Under the pieces are notes generated by a model. The model was not told the DNA's origin. It did not search any database and was given only the letters and a program-made list of their open reading frames with translations. Position numbers and translations under genes: made by a program. From NCBI GenBank assembly GCA_013239625.1, contig MU053873.1, positions 3,702,273 through 3,766,272 on the forward strand: 64,000 nt of DNA, read 5' to 3'. The DNA is from Lama guanicoe (lineage: Eukaryota). Position 1 is the stretch's first letter; each line of letters starts with the position of its first letter. Positions 13,363 to 27,089 of the stretch are shown here, piece after piece.

Positions 13363-13739
13363 ACCTGGGGCTTTCTTCTGAACAGCCCAGTCTCAGGTGT
13401 TCAGCTGCTGCTGGCTCCCCACTGACCCAGGAGCTGGGACCATGGTCTCCAGAGAGTATCTTGGAAGAATGAGATTCTAGGCCTTGAGCGTTTCTCCCAA
13501 AAAAAGACACATGACCCCGGATGTGCCTTGGGCCAGTGAGAAGCAAGGTCTTTGTTATTTCCTCAGCATCTAACCCAAGCCTGCACCTCTGGGGCACTGG
13601 GGCACCTACTGGGAAAGTTCACAGTCAGGAGGGAGAGGCCACAGTATATCCAGAACACATATCATGATGAAACAGACATTCTAACTGGAACTGAGGCCCC
13701 ACAACTACAGATCCTAAGAATCTCCCACAAAAATCAGCC

Positions 13740-14465
13740 ACATCTTTTAGGGTGTTTGGTAACAAAAGGGAAAAAAACACCCAGAAAATAACAGGTGTTG
13801 GTGGGATGTGGAGAAACGGGAGCCCTTGTACGTTGCTGGTGGGAATGTAAACCGGTGTGGCTGCCGTGGAAGACAGTATAGCGGTTCAGCAAATAATTAA
13901 AAATAGAATTATCAGATCATCCAGCAATTCCGGTTCTGGGTATCTACCCAAAATAACTGAAAGCAGGATCTCAAAAGAGATATTTCTACACCCGTGAACA
14001 TAGCAGCATTGTTTACAAGAGCTAAAATGTGGCGGTAACCCGTGTCCAGGGACAGATGAACGGACACAAGTTGGGCACAAGTACCATGGAATATTATTCA
14101 GCCTTAAAAAGGAAGGAAATTCTGACACATGTTACAACGTGGATGAACCTTGAGGACATTATGCTCAGTGAAATAAGCCAGACATAAAACAACAAAAATT
14201 ACATGAACCCACTTATACAAGATTATCTAGAGTTAGTCCAATTTGTAGAGGCAGAAAGCACAGTGGTTATAAGGGCCTGCAAGGAGCTGGGGATGGGGAG
14301 CTAGTGTTTAATGGGCACAGAGTTTCAGTTTCATAAGATGAAAATAATCCTAGAGATGGATGGTGGTGACAGTAACACAATGACATGAACGTACCTAATG
14401 CCTGTCCGCTTAACAATGGTCAAGATGGTAAATTTATGTTCTTTGTACTTCACCGCAATTTTAAA
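13740..14465 (+). mobile_element. L1MA/MB 3' fragment
   Basis: gttgctggtgggaatgtaaa, ccagcaattccggttctgggtat, ggatgaaccttgaggacattatgctcagtgaaataagccag. Confidence 0.85.
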
Positions 14466-17318
14466 ATCACTTTTATTTTTTTCATCCGGTGCCAGGTTTT
14501 GCTGCCTGGGTTCAAATCCCAGTTCTACTGTGTGCTAGCTGGGTGGACTCAGGCAAGTTACTTTGCTTCTCTGTACCTCAGTTGCCTCAACTGGAAAATG
14601 GGCATAAAAATGACAATACCTGCGTCATGGGACCGTGGGGAGGATGAAATGAGTTCCTTGGGGTAAAGTGCTGAGCAGAGTGTCCGGTTCGTCGCACGTG
14701 GTCAATGTGTTAACAGCGACATGATGATGGCTGTTCTCATTACCATCCCTCTTCCCCACGCTGGAGGCAGGGAGCTCTGAGGTTTTGGAGGACACTCACA
14801 TGAAACATATGTAGGCCCAGGGGGGTATATTACTGGCCTTGTGGTTTGGTTAATACCAAGGGCCACTTATGAGTAAGGAAAAAGACTACGTGCGGCATGG
14901 AAGAAAGTGGAGAAATTAAAACTCAGCAAGAACAGAGGCCAATTGAGCAATAAAAAAAGTGTCCCTGCCCAGAGCCCAGGGTTGAGAGCCCTCTGCCCTT
15001 GGCTTGCTGGGTGACACAGGCCAGCAAGAGAAGGCCCTGCCCTGTCTGGGCTTCAGCAAGTCCAGCTCCCCCACCCCACCCCCCAGGAAATCTAAGGGTG
15101 AGAAATCAGTCCATGAACCAGCCCGTCGGCACATCAGTCCCCCCCGGGCCCCCAGGGGCCAGGGGGCGGGAGGGAAGGCAGGTGCCCCCGGCTGACCACA
15201 GGGCTAGTGGGTTCAGACACCCTCAGGTCTTTCTGCTTCTGCCTCACACCCCAGGAGGAAGCTGGGCCTCGAACCCCTCTACCATCCACTCAACAGCCTC
15301 ACCCCAGCCGCCAGCCCCGTTGGTCAGGGGCCCAGACAGGCAGAACAGAGTCCCTGGCCTTGGTCTAACATTTCACCCAGAATCCCAGGACAGGAAGGGC
15401 CCCTGAGGGGTCCCATCACCCATCCCCCTGCCTCCATGGCCTTTGGGTATCCCCCTTTTCAAAGAAACACATTCCCAATGTTGCAAGATCATCCAATAAA
15501 CACACTCAGATGTGTTTGATGCTGCTACTGTGGAAACATTATTATTATATCATATTATTATTATTACATTAATCATAATAATCATAATAATCATAATAAC
15601 AGCTGCCAAAGACATGCCCAGCTACTAAGAACTCCACAAGCAGCATCTCAATCAATCCTCGTAACAGCACATTAAAAGGTGGGTCTGCTGTCATCCCCAT
15701 TGTACAGACAGGAAAACTGAGGCTGAGGACTGAACTTGCCCGGAGTGACACAAGCAGCAAGTGGTGAAGCCAAACACTTGAGCTCAGGCTTCCTGGACAC
15801 AAGGGCCTGCCGGCTGTGCTCTCTCCCTTCTCCCCCATTATATGGCCATTTACTGAGCTTCGACTACATGCCCAACCCTTTGAAGTCTTTTGCAGCAGGC
15901 CCCACTATCATACATGCTGCAGGTAAAGAAACTGAAGCAGAAGGCGGTGATACGATTTGCCCAGGGGTGAGAGCAGAACTAGGGTCTGTGTCTGCCTGGC
16001 CATCCTCACTAGGCTGTAATTCTAGGGGTCTAAGTTATTCTGCCCCTGTCTCCCCCTTCCCCTCCCCACTGGCAGGGTCCCAAGAGGCTCTGTCCTCCTG
16101 GGGCGGGAAGGACCAAAGTAGCATTTCCCCTGCAAAGCCTGGCACACTCGGGCCCAGACAGCGGCTGAGCCCCGGCATGTGGGGGATGGTTGGGGAAAGA
16201 GGCCAAACCCGTTCCTCCACCTGCTGGGGTGCTGGGTGCTGGAGCATCTTCAAGTCATGACCTGCCCGCCCACCTGGTGGGCTCCCAAGTCACCTGGGGG
16301 AGTGCAGGAGCCTGGTGGGTGGCCAGTAGCTACTGGAGCTCCACCCCGACACCCTGAGCCAGCTCACACCTGCTGTCGGGGGACAGCATGGACGGATGCC
16401 TCCAACAACAACAACGGGGTGGGAGTGGTGGTGAGAGGGGTAGGGAAGGTGTCAGGTGGAGAGAAACAGGAATTAGGTGGCAGGAATCCTGACAACTTGT
16501 TCCCCTCAAACTACCGCACTTCTCCCCACTGGCTGTGTGACCTTGAGGGAAGCACACGTCCCTTTGTTTCCTCCCCTAGAAAGGAAAGCTTCCAAAGGCA
16601 AGGCACAAAAATCCAGACAGCCTTGTTAGGGCCCCGATCCAATGCCCGCCCCTGGGGATTCTGCCATCCTGCTCTGTAGACAGGGAATTGTCAAATGTGG
16701 AACAATCATCCCGGGAAGGGGGTGGGGAGATGCGCTGGGCTCAGCGGTCCCGGCTGTAGGACCGGGCTGGCGGAGGTTCTGGAGACCAGAGGAGGGTGAA
16801 CTTGCTCCGTCCCCTGCCAGTGGCCTCACCAATGATCACTGCTTCCCACAGGGCATGCAGCAGCCACGTGGCCAGCCCACGCCGCCAGGAGGGGAGTGTG
16901 GATGGTGCAGAGAAGCCAATCCCTGCTGCCGAAAAAAATACCCCAAAGCTCCCATTCTGCCAGTGAGTCAGCAGTCTAAGAGCCAACGGAGGCCAGGGAG
17001 GCCAAATGAAATGAGTAGGGACTTTGGATCCCAGTTCTGCCCGTCCCAGCTGTGTATGCTCAGTCACCTCCCTCTCTGAGGCTCAGTTTTCTCATCTGGA
17101 AAATGGGACCAATATGGCTGACCTCGTGGGGCGAGCCTCAGGTTGTACCATATGAAATCACAATATCCCAGCATTGTGGGCCTACAAAAGACGGCACTTT
17201 CATATGTTCCAACCTGACATGTGGAGGGGGGCAGCGTACAGCAAGAGAGCCATCAACGCTGAGATGTAAATCTCTCCTCGTTCATGGGACAAAATGGAAA
17301 ATATCTCATCACACCCAC

Positions 17319-17320
<2 letters not shown>

Positions 17321-17356
<36 letters not shown>
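17321..17356. repeat. (CA)n microsatellite
   Basis: Perfect AC run. Confidence 0.95.
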
Positions 17357-17359
<3 letters not shown>

Positions 17360-17404
17360 AGAAATGACAACTACATGACAGAACAGCTCACCTAGGGGTG
17401 GCCC

Positions 17405-18880
17405 ATTAAAGAGAGTTTCCAAGGTCAGGTCCCAAGTACATCAGAGCATGGGGTGTGTACGGACTATGGTGATAACACTGATAAATGTGCTTTAAGTGAT
17501 GTATTTCCCTGTGCTTTAGATGAAACAGAACTAGCATGTTGAATACCTTTTTAAAGGTTTTTAAAAAATGAGTTAAAATGTGGGCTGGCCATACAACGGA
17601 ATATTATTCAGCCATAAAAAAGGATCAGACTCCTGAAATACATGGCAACATAGGTGAACCCTGAAAGCACTATGCTACATCACAAAAACCACATGGTATG
17701 ATTCTATCTATATGAAATGTCCAAAATAGACAAATCCACAGAGACAGAAAGTAATGGTTACCAGGGGCTGGGGTAACTGGAAGGAAATGGGGAATCACTG
17801 CTAATGGGTACAAAATTTATTTTTATGGTCATAAAAATGTTCTAATTTTGATTGTGGTGAAGGTGGCAGAACTCTGTGAATATACTAAAAACCATGGAAC
17901 TGGGTATTTCAAAAATTTCTTTTAATTTAAAAAATCTGTATTAAGGTATAATTGACATACTTGTTAGTTTCACGTGTACAACAGAGTAAGTCCATTTTTG
18001 TATGCCTTGCAAAATGATCACTACAATAAGACTAGTTAACATCCGTCACCATACATGATTACAAGCAAAGGTTTTTCTTGTGATGAGAACTGTTAAGATC
18101 GACTTTCTCAGCAACTTTCAAACATACAATTAACTATAGTCACCATGCTGTACATTACATCCCCAGGACTTATTTATTTTATAACTGGAAGTCTGTACCC
18201 TTCGATCACCTTCATCCGTTTCAACCTCCGGGCCCACTCCCCTCCCTCTGGCAAGCATCAATCTGTTCTTTGTATTTATGAGCTGGAGCAGGGGAGTTGT
18301 GTTTGATTTGGGTGGGGTTTTGGGGAGGGGGACGGTTTGTTTGGGTTTTTTTAGATTACACATATAAATGGGCTCATCCAGTATTTGTCTTTCTCTATCT
18401 GACTTATTTCACGTAGCATAATGATCTCCAGGTCCATCCATGTTGTCACAAATGGCAAGATTTCACTCTTTTTATGGCTGAATAATACTCTGTCATGTGT
18501 ATATACCACATCTTCGTTATCCATTCATCCATTGGTGGACATTTAGGTTGCTTCCACATCTTGGCTATTGTGAATATTGCTTCAGTGAATGTAGGGGCAC
18601 AGATATCTTTTCAAGTTAGTGTTTTCATTTTCTTTGGATAAATACCCAGAAATGGGACTGCTGGATCATATGGTAGTTCTATTTTTAATTGTCATTTGAA
18701 TTGTACGCTTGGAATGGATGAATCGTACGGTATGTGAATTATATCTTATCAGAGCTGTTATTTTAAAAAGTGAATCCAGTTCAAGCAAAAATGTTAACTG
18801 AGTAACAGTCCGGGTGGTACACAGAATATGAAAAAATTTCAAGGTGATACAAGAAATGACTAGAGTTTGGGAAACACAGA
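17405..18880. mobile_element. Nested repeats: hAT/Charlie-like host, L1 (+) at about 17580-18770, L1 (-) at about 17915-18690
   Basis: The plus-strand L1 3'UTR breaks at about 17910 and resumes at about 18693; the antisense L1 carries tctgacttatttcacgtagcataatg and ctggatcatatggtagttct; the host ends in gtttgggaaacac. Confidence 0.65.
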
Positions 18881-20129
18881 ATTGCTGCTTTAGATCCTCA
18901 AAACCTAGGCTCTATGTGGGTTCAAATCGCACCTCCTGAGTGACCATGCGCTTGTGACTTCACCTCTCTGGACCTCAGTTCCCCCATCTGGAAAATGGGA
19001 ATAGGAAAATTCCCTACCTCTCAGAGTCAACGTGAGAATTAAATGGGTTAGTACAGTGTCCAGCACATCCCAGGGGGTCGATGGAAGAATCAATCTAGGG
19101 GAACCAGATTTTTTGGATGGTTCTGACTGTGGGTTTGTGAGCACAGGGTCCTGAGTTCAAATCTCTCATAAGCACTGTTTTCTGAAGAGGTGAAATGAGA
19201 TAAAGCATGTAAGGCATTTAGCAAGTGCTCAATAAGCATTAACTGATCATTTTTCTTATCACTGCAATATCTGCCTGAGGGTAACATTTTAGATCACTTT
19301 CATTTTTTATTTTTTTACTTTATACTTTTGTTCTACAATGCTTCTGTCTTCTTTTTGTAATGAGAACCACCCAAAGAATTATATTTAATACTTAGCATCT
19401 TTCTCTAGTATGATCTTGGAGTTCAGATAACAAGGAAACCCAGCTGGGGTCCTAGCCCGATAGAGCTGCCTACCCTACCCCCGCCCCCTCATGCTAGACA
19501 CACGCCAGAACCTGAGATTCCCCAGGATTGTTCTGCCTTTGGAAGCACTGTTAAAGAACTCTACCCGCCAACCACACTTCACTCTGAAACCAGTCATACA
19601 TGAAGATGCCAGCCTGCTCGAGGGGGTACTCCAGCCACAGCGCGAGCCAGCAGCACATAAAACCAGTTAGCTCCCAACACTCCGCATCCAAGCCAAACTC
19701 CTTCCTCCATGATCCACCCCCTCTCCTGAACATACCGTTTCTGGGTGCAAATTTAGTACCACACCCCACAACAGCAGCCAGATTAATCATCCCCAAACTG
19801 GGGAGAGACATTTGGGATGTACCATGTTGTGGGTACAACGTTCGATCTGGAGGATTGCAGAGGTACCCCGAAGATGTGGTGGCCATCCTTCAGAGCAGTT
19901 GGAGTGAATGAACAGAGCCAGGAGGACCGCTGATGGGGAGGTGAGGGGCAACCTGGCATGGCACCGAGGCGTCATGGTCGATGAAAACATGGTTCTCAAG
20001 GTCAGCCCCAGCAGAAGACGCACCGGGGGCAGGCGCTCCAAATCACAGACGCTGGGTTGGCGAGGGAGCTGCGTCTTGTACAACAGCTCCGTACAGCACC
20101 AGCAAGGCTAATAATAATGACCACTGTGA

Positions 20130-20280
20130 GGGGAAGGCATGGCTCAGTGGTAGAGTGTGTGCTTAGCATGCGCAAGGTCCTGGGTTCAATCCCCAGTACC
20201 TCCATCAAAAAATAAATACATAAATAAAAACCGAATTACCTTCCACCCTACCCCCCCCAAAAAAAGAATTAAGAAAAAAT
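20130..20280 (+). mobile_element. tRNA-derived SINE
   Basis: ggctcagtggtagagtgtgtgcttagcatgcgcaaggtcctgggttcaatccccagtacctcc plus tail. Confidence 0.88.
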
Positions 20281-23200
20281 AAGCACTGCCGGCTGCCTTT
20301 GGCTGAGCACCTACTGTGTGCTGGGTGTTTTATCACACACTCAAAGGCATGGAGCCATGGTGAAACAGACTCCCAGGCTGGGTGGAATCAGACAGCAAGA
20401 CACAGTAGTAATAATAACAATGACAATTCGTGACTGTGAAACAGTGCGTAGCGCACGGCTCACTCCATGAGGAGGCACTGACACCGTGCCTGGCTGTGCT
20501 AGGAGCCTTTACATATTAAGGCACGACAGCCAGATAAGGTGAGACCTACTAATAGCCCCATTTTACAGAGAAGGAGACTGAGGGCAGATGAGGCGGTTTG
20601 ACTTACCCACGGTCACAGAGCTGGTGACACACTGCTTGCCCCCTGTGGATGTCACCAACCCCAAACTCACTTCTGAAAAGCAGGATCCATTAACTGCCTT
20701 GCCCGATGGCTCCCCAAACGCCCTCCTCTCTCTGGCTCTCCGGGTCCCCAACGGTGTCAGGTGACTGCCTAGTTTCAGACCTTCTTAGAGGTGCTGGCTG
20801 ACCCTGTCCCTCTCCCAGGGGTGACTGAGCCCCTTCTTCTGAAGCCAAGGGAGGAGGAAGAAGGGTTCTTGGTGAGCTCATTCACAGGGGCCACCTCCGG
20901 CCCGCTGGGAACGGCCAGCAGCTTTAATTTGGACAAACGCCCAGTCCTCAGTGGGGGCAGGAAGCATCCCTGAGCGATAAAGATCAGGACTGGCCTGTGA
21001 GCGCGACGACCGGAGCGCTCCGTGTCAGCCAAACCAGCTGGCCCCGCCCCCGCCTGCAGCAGCCCTGCCTGGAGGAGGTGGTCGGGGTGTCCCCCCAGCC
21101 TAATGTCCAAACCCACCAGTTGTAAGTTGCAGCATTCCTGCATGCCCGCAGCGTGGTGAGGCAGGGGCTCAGCACCAAAAAACCCAAGAAAAAAAAACCC
21201 AAAAAGCCATGCATCTGTATAAAACAATAGCTCTTAAAAATGAAGCATTTGCTGTATCCCCTAAGTACTTCACAGACATTAACTCATTGAATCCTCACAG
21301 CCACCTTATTTCACAGAGGAGAAACTGAGGCTCAGAGAGGGAAAGTGACATCCCCAAGGTCACACAGCTAGGAGGTTCCAGCGCCAAGATTTGAATCCAA
21401 GCGACTGGAGAAGAAAGCCCACATTCTAAACCCCAGGATGCAGTGCTGACATCTCTCAGAAACATGTCCATATGTACCCGTCTAAAACTCGCACCCCAAA
21501 ACATTAGCCCAGGTTATCTTTAGGATGTGGGGTTATATGAGTTTTACCTCTCCCATTTCGTTCATCTGTATTTCTAAATGTCTGATGACGAAAATGTACT
21601 GTAGCATGATGCAAATAGATTGTCGGAAGGATAAAAAGAGAATAAAGATGATTAATTGAGAAAATGAACTGAGAGTCATCCATTAGCGCAGTGAAGTTAT
21701 CCCTGGCCACCACCTTAAGGCGGAAGGGCTGGCCAAGCATAATACAGTGCATGCGCACAGTGGGGGCTTTACCCAACATCGCTGCCCACCCCAACAAATG
21801 AGCAAGGACGTCGCCTAGCCAGTCACCTCCAACGTTCACCCACGTGACCCCGCTGGGAGCAAGGCAAGGCTGAAAGGCGGGCATCAGCACCCCCATCCCA
21901 CGGGCGCGGACACTGAGGCAGAGAGGGGAAGCCACACCCACGGTTGGGGACAAAACGGAAGCAGGAGGTGACCCCAGGGCTGCACGTCTCCAAACCTGGG
22001 CAGTGTCTTCGATGGTGGCCTGCGGTCCATGGAAGAGCCACCTTCCCAGGGGGGTGACCTGGGCCTCGGAGCAGGAACTGGGCGACACCCAGAAAGCACT
22101 GCAGTGAGCAGTTAGCTGATCCAGCTAAAGCCAAGGCAGATGGGTCACCCTTGCTCTGCTGGGTCAGCCAGCATTCTGGGCATTCCAAAAATTCCTCCAG
22201 GGCTTTTTGCTGTCCCCTTCCACCCCACCCTCCTTTTAATGAAGAGAAGGAAAGCCGAGGGGCTTTGAAGAAGGCCTCGCCAAGGAGGTGGGCTGCGGGT
22301 TGCCAAGGCTTCCCGTCTCATCCGAGTCCTGAGCGTGTCAAGAGAACCGGTTTGGCTTCACAACAACCAGAAGGTCCCCACCTGGTGGCCCCAGAGGTCC
22401 CATCCCAGCCCTGAGCACACTGCCCTCCAACCCCTCCTCTCTGTTCTCGGAGGGCAGGAACTGCGTCCCCGGCAGCTCTGAGACCCCGGGCTCCATCCAG
22501 GCCCTGGTATGTTACACAGTAGACACTTAATAAATAACAAAAATGAAAATGACCCACTGTCCCAGGAGAGGACAGGAAACACTGCCCTGGAAGTTCTGAG
22601 AGGAGAGATGGTATTTTCAACTGGGTCGGGGAGGTGGAAGGAGGGAGCCCACCGCGTTGAGTTACCGCCGCAGGGAGGTGGCGGCTTTCAAGGGAGCTGA
22701 CCTGAGTTGAAATCCAGGCTTCGCCACTTCTCACCTCAAGCTGAGCAACCTTGAGGAGGGCTTTATGTCCCTGAGCCTCAGTTTCCTCGTCTGTAAGAGG
22801 GGTTCGTAACACCACCTGCCCATGTCATTCTGAGGACTGACAGGAAGACGCATACATAACACCTCCCAGCAAGGGAGCTGGCACCCAGTAGGTCCTCCAC
22901 AAACGGTGTATTTTCCCGGCCCTACCTTTTAAAGGGCTGGTTCTGATCCTTCCCAGAAGGTGCAGCAGGAATAAGAGGCTCTGGGATCTACTCATCCAGC
23001 TCCCCCTCCCCTTGTGAAAAGGCCCAGAGAGGGGAAGGGGCTTACCCAAGGACACACAGCAGAGAAGTGGGTACTAGCACTCGGGAGTCCCTACTAGCGG
23101 CCCAGAACTCACCCTAACACTCTGTAATCTTTCCCATGGCCTAGGACCCCTTTCTCGTGCTAAGCACAGTCCCTGGCATGCAGGTAATCTGTTCTCAAAA

Positions 23201-26082
23201 CAAAGACACGAGCTTTCCAGGGCTGAGCCCTACAATGAAAGGGAGAGACAAACTTGGGCGGCTTCCCAGGCCAAAGCGCCCTGGGAGTTCCCCACCCGAG
23301 TCACTCCCCGGCCCAGCCCAGGGCACTGGGCAGAGCTCAGCAGGCAGCGTGCCCACCGAGGCCCAGGAGCCCTGTCCCAGCAGGCGGGATGGCGTGAGTT
23401 CACCACGACCTCCGCGGCTTACCCATCACGGCCGGTGGCCTCCCCTCTGCTGGGCCCCCCACCCCCGCCCCGCACACCCCACGCTTCCTTCCCCCGCTGC
23501 GGTGCCTCACCACCTCACCACGCTGCGGGTAAACAGGACGGCCCCCAGAAAGGGCTTTCGTCACTGAGGAAGCAAAACAAAAAGAAAAGAAAAATCAACA
23601 CACAGCCGGCTCTGCAGCCCTGACCTGGAGACTCTGAAACTGCCGCTGTGTCTCCGCCAAGGAGATTCACACGCCAGAAGGGCTCCCGGTTTGCTCGCGG
23701 GGACTCAGTTTCCTCATCTGTAAAACGGGAAGAGCACTAGCCCCTTTCTTCACTGATTGAAGGAATAAGTCGAGAAAGGACTGGATGAAATAATGCACAA
23801 ACCCATGTGTCAGAGCAACCACGGCATAAGAAGCAGTCTCTCAATGCTGATTACCACTTTGAATGACCGCTACCATTACTATTTCTGCTACTCCAGACAA
23901 GGAAGATTTACATTGTGATCTATAAAGCCATCCCTGGGCATAACCTACACACATTTAAAAAAAAAAACTCTAACCTTATCTGTATATGGGGAAGGGCTCC
24001 TATTTTTAAAGTGCCTACTATGTGCGGGAGGCTTTATATACAGTTACCTCACTTGACCCCACAAGGGGTCATACAAGGAAAATCTTAGCATCTTCTCTCT
24101 GCAGATGGGAACTGAGGCTCAGAAAGGCAAAGTCATTTGCCCAGAGTCATGCACCAAAGACATGGTGGAAATGGGATGGAACACTAGGATTGCCCAGCTC
24201 GGCCCTGCTTTACCCTGGGGGAGGCAGGAGGGGAGGGATTCAGGGCATGGGGCTGGGTCCAGCAACAAGGATCAGCATCCCCCTTCCCAGTAGTGGCCCT
24301 GGGTGTGGGACTCCCTCTCTGAGCCTCAGTTTTCTCCTCTGTAAAATGGGGGTGTGAGAATCAAATACAACAATGATGAACGCAGTGCCTGGGACAGAAT
24401 GGATACTCTCTACTTGTTATTTTTATTTTACTCTAGATAACGTTTAGTGTTCTCAAAAGCCAGATCTCAACAAGTGAAGGAAAGGCAGCCTCAGACATCT
24501 GAGGGCACAAGGGCCAGGGCAGAAACCATCAGATCCACAGGTCAAACGCTATGTTCTCTCACCTCCAGTGACACTTTGCTCCATCCATGACTCACTTCAC
24601 AGACAGGAAAACGCTCAGAGAGGTGAAGCAACCTACCTAGGGTCACACAGGAATCCTATGCCGGTGCCCACCCCAGACTCTCCACCTTCCCATCTAGCTT
24701 CCTCTGGAAATCCACCCCTGACGTCCAGCAGCTCCCATTTTTCCCCATGACCAACACAGGATTTGCCATGTGATTGCTACAGGAAAAAATGTTCATTAAA
24801 GGAAGGAGTAAGCGTGACTTCTAACCCTACACCCTGCTAGGTGGCCCCCAGTGATATTCCCATGTAACCACGGGCTCCCTGAAACCTGCTTGCTTCCGCC
24901 ATGGGGGTGGTGTGGATATTCCTTATACACAGAGCATCCATGACCCCTCCCTGGCCGGACTGGGGCCGAGTGGTCAGTCAAGGCTTGCCCTGGGGACAGA
25001 AAGTCCTGTAAACAGTGATCCATTAACAGACAGCCCTCCAGCCACAGCGGAAGGAGAAAACCACTTGCCGGGAAGCAAGAGTCCTAAGTCACTCTTTTCT
25101 CTAAGACCCTGGTGCTCCAAGGACCAGAAGCAACACCCCACAGATAATAATCCTAATATTAATAATAATGACAGCAGTAGCCAACACAAGTACATTCATT
25201 AGCAGGCACTATGTATTAACTCATTTAATGCCCATTCATCTCAGGAGGCAGGCAATGTTATTATGCCCATTTTACAGATGAGGAAACTAAGGCACAGACA
25301 GGTTAACTGCCTTGCCCAAGGTTGCACAGCTGGAAAGTGGTGGAGCTGGGGTTTGAACTCAGGCAGTCTAGATCCAGATTCTCTGCAATATACCCAAGGG
25401 ATGTTGGGAATACTGAATTCTGCAACCAATTCGGCCAAACCGATAACCCAATTTTGCAGAATTCCTCACTCCACCCTAATCAGTAACCCTCACCCCAGCT
25501 GTGCAGTCACAGAACCATTTACTCATCTACTTCATGCCAAGTGTTTCACAGTCCCTCTTGCTAATGGTCACAGGCACCCAGTGTCCATTTTACAAACAGG
25601 AAAACTGAGGCTCAGAGAGGTGATGAGACTGATTGAGGGTCACGTGGCCCACAAGGGGCACAGCTGGGATTTGAACCCAGATCAGTCCCTTGCACAGCCA
25701 CCCCTTGGCCTCCCTGTGATCTCCCAGTCCACTTGCCCACGTACCAGGAACTGTAAACCAAGTCTAAAATCATCATCAAATTGATGGCCTCTCACCTTTG
25801 AACCTCCTGTCACAGGTACAAAGCACCACCTTATCCAATACTCTGTTCAAGCTTCACAGCCGCTCTGCCAGAGAGGTCGCATTATTCCCATTTTCCAGCT
25901 GAGGAAACTGAGGCTCAGAGAGGTGAACTGCTTGTTCTGGGTCATAAACTTAAACTGGGTCTCCTCATCCAGAGCCCTGCTGTGACATGTCCCCCACAAA
26001 TCATGAGCCACGATGCTCACCGCCACCTCCAGGCAGACCCTCCACCTCGGCAAGGACCATCCTGCCCCATCAGAAACACAAT

Positions 26083-26520
26083 GTGGCAGGCTGTATTCCT
26101 GCTCAGAAAATAGATACTCGCTCCCTTTCAGCCTCGATGAGATTATTGGCGCTGTGCTTGGCCATATGACTTGCTTTGGCCAATAGAATGAGCGCAGCAG
26201 TGACACTTTCCCAGTTCCAAGTGGAGGCTTTCGGAGGCTCTGCGGGTTCCCAGTGAGCTCCTAAGCATCTGCTGTCTATCACCCAAGAGCACGTCCTGGC
26301 TGGCTGCTGCCTGTCAGCCTGGGTATCAAGATGAAGATACACGGGGCAGACAGGACCCCAACCCAAAGCCTGCAATCCAGCCTGCCTGCCAAGCCCAGAC
26401 AAAGTCAGCCCAGCCATTGGATAAGCCACAAGCATGAAACAAATGTTTGCTGTTAAAGGTCACTGTGATTTGGGAGATGTCTGTTACACAGTATTATCAT
26501 AGAGCAACCTGACTAATACA
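26083..26520 (+). mobile_element. MaLR LTR (older MLT1)
   Basis: Starts tgtggcaggctg; gccatatgacttgctttggccaatagaatg; ends gcaacctgactaataca. Confidence 0.75.
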
Positions 26521-27089
26521 AAGGACCATGTGTTTCTGGACTTGTATATATATGCATAAATATTTTCCAAGACACAGTCCCCAGCAGGTTGGATTAAAAA
26601 CCCAGGGCCACAAAATGTGCTCCCTGCAGGAACTATCACCTTCCCTACTGTCACGACAGAGGTCATATCCCATGGCCACTGATAAGCCAAAGCCACCTAC
26701 CCTTTCCCCTCCCTCTGAAATATACAAACAGCCCCTCTCTCTCAAAGCCTTAGAAGGAGTAGGTGTTATGTGCTATACAGCCACTCTGGAGAGAAACTGG
26801 GCAAGCGAGATCAACATTCTAAACACTATTTTTCCCAGCAGTTCCCCATCCTGGAATCTGTCCTCCAATCGACTGCAACAAGTATGCAAAGACTGGCGAT
26901 GTTTACTGCAACATTGTGCGTCATAGCTGAAAAAACAAACCACTCAGTGCCCATCAACAGAGCATCTGTTCAATAACTTCATGCACTGAAAGAGCGTTCC
27001 GTTTTTTAAAAGAGTGCAGTTAAGTCAATACGTTCTAAAAGGGGAAGGGTCCAAATCTGTTTTCATTTCCATTGTCAATCCCTTAAAAA

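Noticed and set aside
15540..15600. (ATT)n facing (ATCATAATA)n, an imperfect AT-rich inverted repeat
   Set aside because: Short low-complexity tail of an adjacent MIR; pairing is a trivial result of composition.
10806..21700. 14-bp direct match TAGCGCAGTGAAGT at about 10806 and about 21684
   Set aside because: One copy is inside an MLT LTR, and several 14-mer matches are expected by chance in 64 kb.
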